Made by a program: the position numbers and the translations under genes. The notes under the pieces were generated by a model. That model was not told the origin of the DNA, did not search any database, and worked only from the letters and a program-made list of their open reading frames with translations. 64,000 nt of DNA. Origin: Macrostomum lignano (taxonomy: Eukaryota). Where the stretch lies: positions 310,001 through 374,000 of the forward strand of contig NIVC01000061.1 of the NCBI GenBank assembly GCA_002269645.1, read 5' to 3'. This document shows, piece after piece, positions 54,688 to 64,000 of the stretch; within the stretch, counting starts at the first letter, position 1, and the number at the start of each line of letters is the position of its first letter.

Positions 54688-55705
54688 AAGGGGAGAAAGG
54701 GAAGGCGAAACTGAACACGGAGGCTGCTGAGCGCCATGGCACAAAAGCAAGCGAGCGCTTTCTCCCATCTACACTTTCAGCTGCATTTTCTCTCCTTCCC
54801 CGATCTCGATTCTCGCCGCACTGGAGAAACACCGGGAGGGGGAGGCGCGGCATCAAATGTCGCGGATGGGCGATGGGGATGGAGGAGAGGCTGGGGAAGC
54901 CAGCTGCGTAGCGAGATTAACTTCTTTCCTGCCTGCGTCATTCGCCTCCTTTGACTCTCTAAAGGCATCGGCAATTTTTTTTATTTTTCATTAAAGGCGT
55001 GCTTTGAGCTCGAGAATAGAGCCCATGCGGGCAGTAGACTGGTGGCGAAAATCTAGCGAAAGAAAATAACACGCTTTGATTGAACACAATCAAGGACAAT
55101 CAAGGACAATCAAGCACAATCAAGCACAATCAAGTGCAATCGAGCACAATCAAGCACAATCAAGCACAATCAAGCACAATCAAGCACAATCAAGCGCAAT
55201 CGAGCACAATCAAGCACAATCAAGCACAATCAAGCACAACCAAGCACAATCAAGCACAATCAAGCACAATCAAGGACAATCAAGCACAATAAGCACAATC
55301 AAGCACAATAAAGCACAATAAAGCATAATCAAGCGCAATCAATCACAATCAATCACAATCAAGCGCAATCAATCACAATCAAGCACAATCAAGCACAATA
55401 AGCACAATCAAGCACAATCAAGCACAATCAAGCACAATCAAGCACAATCAAGCACAATCAAGCACAATCAAGCACAATCAAGCGCAATCAAGCATAATCA
55501 AGCACAATCAAGCGCAATCGAGCACAATCAAGCACAATCAAACAATCAAGCACAATCAAGCACAATCAAACAATCAAGCAAAATCAAGCAAAATCAAGCA
55601 CACTAGAGACGCGCTCACCTGTCTGATGAGGGAGCCCTTGCTAGACGGGTTGCTGTCATTGCGAAGAAAGTCGCTGCCGCTGGGCCTGAGGCCGGCGGCG
55701 TAGGG
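45781..55705 (-). CDS. CACNB: Voltage-gated calcium channel beta subunit, 6 visible exons, about 560 aa, initiator not visible
   Basis: Exons 55705-55619, 53354-52958, 51933-51740, 48779-48527, 47107-46860, 46284-45781; GT-AG with consistent phases (1683 nt). IRQ|GSAES junction, SH3 ([15 protein letters not shown]...FLHIKEK...WWIGRL) and GK domain ([53 protein letters not shown]). Confidence 0.95.
46305..46840. repeat. 30-bp minisatellite in the last CACNB intron
   Basis: Unit TTCAAGGTCATATAGATAGGAATCACCCC(AG/C). Confidence 0.95.
47185..48518. repeat. 21-23-bp minisatellite in a CACNB intron
   Basis: Unit TGGCGCCAAAACACCCTGCAACA, with re-duplicated blocks of variant units. Confidence 0.96.
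49068..50640. repeat. 35/39-bp minisatellite in a CACNB intron
   Basis: Shared core GATTAGAATGGATTGCTAATC with two linker types. Confidence 0.96.
51238..51675. repeat. G-rich 21-22-bp minisatellite in a CACNB intron
   Basis: Unit GGGAGTTGGGGAGAGGCGGG(A)A. Confidence 0.95.
52160..52920. repeat. 22-bp minisatellite in a CACNB intron
   Basis: Unit GTGTCTATCCGGAGTGCTCATA. Confidence 0.95.
53369..53605. repeat. (ACTG)n microsatellite next to a CACNB acceptor
   Basis: Pure run ending about 14 nt from the exon boundary at 53354. Confidence 0.97.
55077..55600. repeat. 10-bp (AAGCACAATC)n array
   Basis: Direct reading of the sequence. Confidence 0.95.
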
Positions 55706-58158
55706 CTGAACGATAGGAAATTAATGGAATTAATAATTAGCATAAACACCGCCAATTAGTAAGGTAGTAGCTAATTACTTAAAATTCACTGATTTGTAAA
55801 CAATAAAACCAATTAGATATTACCTGTATTGCACTACATGAGCTTTTGATACAGAAGATGAATATGTAAAGTGCAATAATTTGACCAGAAAGTCTATATA
55901 AATTTGATACAAATACTGTATGATTAGAACATAATTAGAACACAGTTTAATTAAGTATGGCGATAACTTTTTTATATCCATGTTTAAATAACAAATACTG
56001 CACTATTTATTTCTAACTACTTCAGATTAAGAAAGTAAATAAGAGTATTATTTTATTAAGGCCAGTAGTAAAAACTTATGAATATTCTTATTTTACTTAA
56101 ATTTATTTATGTATGTATTTTTAAATAGTTTAATTGTAACTTAAAAGCATTACTATAAGGCATAAGCTAAAATATTACTAAAGCCTTAACATATTTTTTC
56201 TCTTTATCATTAATAAATATTTTAACATTAAACAAAAGCAAGTAATAAATGAATAAACAGTAATAATAACATTTATAATATTTATTGGTTCATCTTTTGC
56301 AAAAATAAAGGGAAAGAATTAAAGCTCTAGGTCTAGGACAATATATTAGTTTCAAATAGCACTTTAAAATATCAATGCTAAATTAAAATTAATAATTAGT
56401 TTTTTTGCTAAAAAATATAGTAGTTACTATATAATTCATTAGTCAAAAAATTTTCTACTCGTGTTACTTATTATAATTAGCATTAGAATTAGTCATTATT
56501 ATTTCATGATTATTTTGAAGTAAAAATATATAGTAATCAATTAGCACTAGATTCATTATACCAAATAAGGGTACATATTACATAAACAGGCATGTCTGCA
56601 ATAGTTTCTAATACAAAAAATTATATAATGAGTTATATTTCTAATAAAAAGTATTAAAAACATTGAATGTTAATATTAAACATATTAAAAATAATTGAAT
56701 ATCTTAATTAAGTATTATGAATTGCTTTATTGATAAATCAAAAGATTAATATAGGAAATTATAACAAACTTCACTTACATCATGAAATGCATCCAAATTC
56801 ATTAGATGCAGGAGGCACACAAATCGGTCAATAATACAAAGTTTTTATGATAAATCATTAGTAACTTTTGCAAAAACCAAAAGAAAAATGTCAAAGATAC
56901 TGAAAATTGGAAGATATCGGTGAGGAGATAATATTGGATGAGTATAAATAGAAGAAAATATATGAGAAAAAATATAGGAAGATGAGGATACAGTGGTTAG
57001 AATACTTCGTCTTTACTAATACTACTAACACTCAATGCATGTTCTCCGCTTGGTTCCATGAAAACTGCATGAGTTAAAAATCCACGAAAATCTAAAAAAG
57101 CACGATAATTTCCGTGGGCTATGCCTTTTAGATCTTACACATTGCAATAAGTTTTGAGAATAGTATTTTGTAAACCTATTTTTTTATTTAAAGTGTTTTA
57201 TTTTACACAGCAGCATTAGTGATGCTTAAGCCAAATATTTGTTAAAAGTGAAAGTGTCATCGGAAATATTTTAAAATGCTCTTTTTCTACGAAGTATAAA
57301 TCTTTTACGAAGATATCTAAAATATTAAATCATAACATCCAATCATCTCAGTTTCTTGTGTCAGATGTGAGATGACACATCCTTGTATTATGTAAATAAT
57401 ATATAACGTGTCAAAAGTGGGCTACCATTATATCAAGCACCCCAATATTAAAGTAATAAACTTGCTGCTTAAAGTCTTGATAAATACTAATCAAGTATCT
57501 AATCTTCATGTATAGTAAATATTAGGTAAAAGTAAAAATTAATAAATTTTCTACCAAGCCTGCCAGAATTTTATCACTGATTTACATGTAAAACTATTAA
57601 GTACTACGATTTTTCATGTGTATAAAAGATACTACACAAGTCAAATTTAGTATATTGTCACTGTCACCGACACCATGGGTTTTCTTCTATATGCCCAATT
57701 ATAATAATTTTGAATGCATGCTACCTAATACTGCTGCTATTATTCATTTAGCTAAAAAAAATAGCCTCTTAAGAAAGCTCAGTAATTTATCTCTAAAAAA
57801 TAATAATATGAATTAAAGTTCTATTTATTAGCTACTAATTGACATAAGATATAAAGGCTTTACTATGCTTCTTAGCAAACTTATGTGGTTATTTTTACTA
57901 GTCCTTTTAGCTGTACAATTGATATTTTGTTTCTTCATTTTCCTATCATCGCACTGGATTCAAGGAAAGACTATTTAGTTAAAGCAAAACCTGATTTTTT
58001 ATTATCATTTATTTTTTAGTTCTCTAGTAATCATTTTGTAGACTCATAATTTAACTACATTAAGTACATTTAAACTTATTAGATTAATTATTTATACACT
58101 TTCAGTTGTTTTATTCTCTCCCTAAATTAATAGCATTGGTTGATTGTAATATCTTTAG

Positions 58159-61627
<3,469 letters not shown>

Positions 61628-62698
61628 AGCAGCGAGTTGGGTTTGGATTGATTGACAGCTCAACTCTGGTAGTGGAAGACTTGTGCTAACATTTTGCAGT
61701 GCCTTTTACCGTGTTGTATACAACTGTGCTCTTACAGTTGACAAGAATTTGTTTCTAGGTTTTTTGTTCTTCTGTTTAGCTTTGTTTGCTGCATCTAAAG
61801 GCAATTTTTTAATTGAATTTTCATTCGACTGCAGTGTTGGCAAGCAATCGGCTCTTTTATTGTCTGCATGACCATTCGCTTTTTTCGCTTTTTCGGCATT
61901 TTTGATTCTAGCAGTCTTATTAAAGATTTTTTTCTATAGCCCCTTGATTTGCTTTGAAGAGTTTATCGGGTGGTGATCAGTCACTAAATAACTCCCACTT
62001 CTAGACACTGGGGAACAAGTGCCTGGGTATAAACAAAATCGAATAACTCTAACTGCAGCGGATCCTCTTGAGGTTGGTAGTCAGCGGAGTCTTGTTGCTT
62101 GTATGGCTAGCTAGCTTGATGAGCGGTGGCGGCCGGTTCCGGTGAACAGTTGTTGTCTCCTGGAGTCCTTAGAGAACTAAAACAAGATGAGCCTTCTTAG
62201 TTGAAGTATTCCAAGGTATTCCTTGAGACCGCCCCGAGTCTGAATTTTTCTATTGGATTTTCGCTTATATTTATAGTAAAATTTTGGTGAAAAACTGGTT
62301 TAAAATCGGTTATTTACTTAGGTCACGTATGTTTGATTAGGAGGTCATAAATGTTTGATCATTTCCATATATGGAATTAAGCAAATACAACTCCCGAGAA
62401 CCGGTTCCTTGATCAAATAAACGTCGGTCCTACGTAGGGCTCCGAGTCACTTCTGTTTGCACGTGACTCATTCTAAAAATAGAATTTCTAAAAATAGATA
62501 TGACTCATCATAACTCATTCTAAAAATAGATTGCGAGTTAGCTCGTAAAATTAATGTTATTAGAATATTACTTTAAGTAGTGCGTTTTGACATGATTTGA
62601 GTGTTCTCTACAGCTTCTTCTGGACTCACCTTTCCTGGTGTCGGTTTTCTTGTCTTGTCTGACTGCATGTCAGATGTAATTGTTGTTTTTCTAAACAC

Positions 62699-62962
62699 TT
62701 GAAGGTCGGGGGTTCGATTCTCGACCCATACTCTGATCAGTTTGTGTCCTTGAGCAAGACACTTCACTCTGCACTCCGCATATAAAATCGGTTCCAGCTT
62801 TAGCTGGGGTAATTGAGGGTGTGTATGGCGACCCCCCCCCCCCCCAGTTCTTGGACTGAACAGCCGTACGCAGCCTTCAGATGCGCCGCGTAATCGCTGC
62901 GGCTGAGCTGTCGGTTGAATATCTGCTTATTAGGGCAGGTGTAATCAATTATTGTTATATTT
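62699..62962 (+). mobile_element. tRNA-derived Nin/Deu-domain SINE, 5-prime truncated copy
   Basis: GAAGGTCGGGGGTTCGATTC (B box), GTGTCCTTGAGCAAGACACTT core and a 3-prime part highly similar to the reverse complement of 11735-12000. Confidence 0.85.
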
Positions 62963-63184
62963 TAAATGCAAACTGTCTAATGTCTAAGCAAACTAAATGA
63001 GCATAGCTTTGGAACTCTTTGACAACGTTTTGGTCACGTCTGAGATGAATTGTCTCTTTCAAAGTGCTGTTAGATTTTTAACAAAAGTATTTACTGCGGC
63101 TCCTTCAACTGTTCAGTATTTCCGTATTAAAATTTTTGAAAATGTCTTAATCCTGCGTGAATTCTACATTCTCGGTTGACTCTG

Positions 63185-64000
63185 CGTGCAGGACTAGAGA
63201 TCCCACACCCTCAAACCGTGCAGGACTAGAGATCCCACACCCTCAAACCGTGCAGGACTAGAGATCCCACACCTTCAAACCGTGCAGGACCAGAGATCCC
63301 ACACGCTCAAACCGTGCAGGACCAGAGATCCCACACGCTCAAACCGTGCAGGACTAGAGATCCCACACCCTCAAACCGTGCAGGACTAGAGATCCCACAC
63401 ACTGAAACCGTGCAGGACCAGAGATCCCACACCCTGAAATCGTGCAGGACTAGAGATCCCACACCCTCAAACAGTGCAGGACTAGAGATCCCACACCCTC
63501 AAACAGTGCAGGACTAGAGATCCCACACCCTCAAACCGTGCAGGACTAGAGATCCCACACCCTCAAACCGTGCAGGACTAGAGATCCCACACCTTCAAAC
63601 CGTGCAGGACCAGAGATCCCACACGCTCAAACCGTGCAGGACCAGAGATCCCACACGCTCAAACCGTGCAGGACTAGAGATCCCACACCCTCAAACCGTG
63701 CAGGACTAGAGATCCCACACACTGAAACCGTGCAGGACTAGAGATCCCACACACTGAAACCGTGCAGGACCAGAGATCCCACACCCTGAAATCGTGCAGG
63801 ACTAGAGATCCCACACCCTCAAACAGTGCAGGACTAGAGATCCCACACCCTCAAACAGTGCAGGACTAGAGATCCCACACCCTCAAACCGTGCAGGACTA
63901 GAGATCCCACACCCTCCAACCGTGCAGGACTAAAGATCCCACACCATGAAACCGTGCAGGACTAGAGATCCCACACCCTCAAACCGTGCAGGACTAGAGA
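63185..64000. repeat. 32-bp minisatellite (runs off the window end)
   Basis: Unit GTGCAGGACTAGAGATCCCACACCCTCAAACC. Confidence 0.97.

Noticed and set aside
56760-57180. Ciliate-code (TAA/TAG = Gln) or mitochondrial-code ORF in the AT-rich island
   Set aside because: Frames still contain stops or give low-complexity products with no recognisable motif.

Overview
Eukaryotic (animal) genomic DNA with GC-rich exons, GT-AG introns and a very high load of tandem repeats. TTAGGG repeats, the compact gene layout and the satellite-filled introns suggest an invertebrate, possibly a Macrostomum-like flatworm (inference only). Seven host protein-coding genes can be read: a 10-exon furin/PCSK-type proprotein convertase (+), a 3-exon rhodopsin-class GPCR (-), an intronless Ig-like membrane protein (+), an intronless GT-A glycosyltransferase resembling the CAP59/GT69-GT2 group (+), an intronless FMRFamide/sex-peptide-receptor-like GPCR (+), a 6-exon voltage-gated calcium channel beta subunit (-) and a 4-exon SLC35A nucleotide-sugar transporter (+). 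Mobile DNA includes an apparently intact Chapaev DNA transposon (about 370-bp TIRs, 4-bp TSD) nested in a MITE, an internally deleted Gypsy element, a separate LTR with a PBS, two copies of a tRNA-headed Nin/Deu-domain SINE, a LINE fragment and further MITEs. No CRISPR array or prokaryotic system is present. The best leads are: (1) a dispersed ~60-nt hairpin present twice with three compensatory base-pair changes; (2) two head-to-head genes (CACNB, SLC35A) whose first visible exons start in phase 0 at a splice acceptor with no ATG, which would fit a start codon donated by a spliced leader; (3) the intact Chapaev; (4) the intronless CAP59-like glycosyltransferase; (5) an 8-mer (CCATAGAC) shared by unrelated repeats. 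All coordinates were read by eye, so repeat boundaries are approximate.
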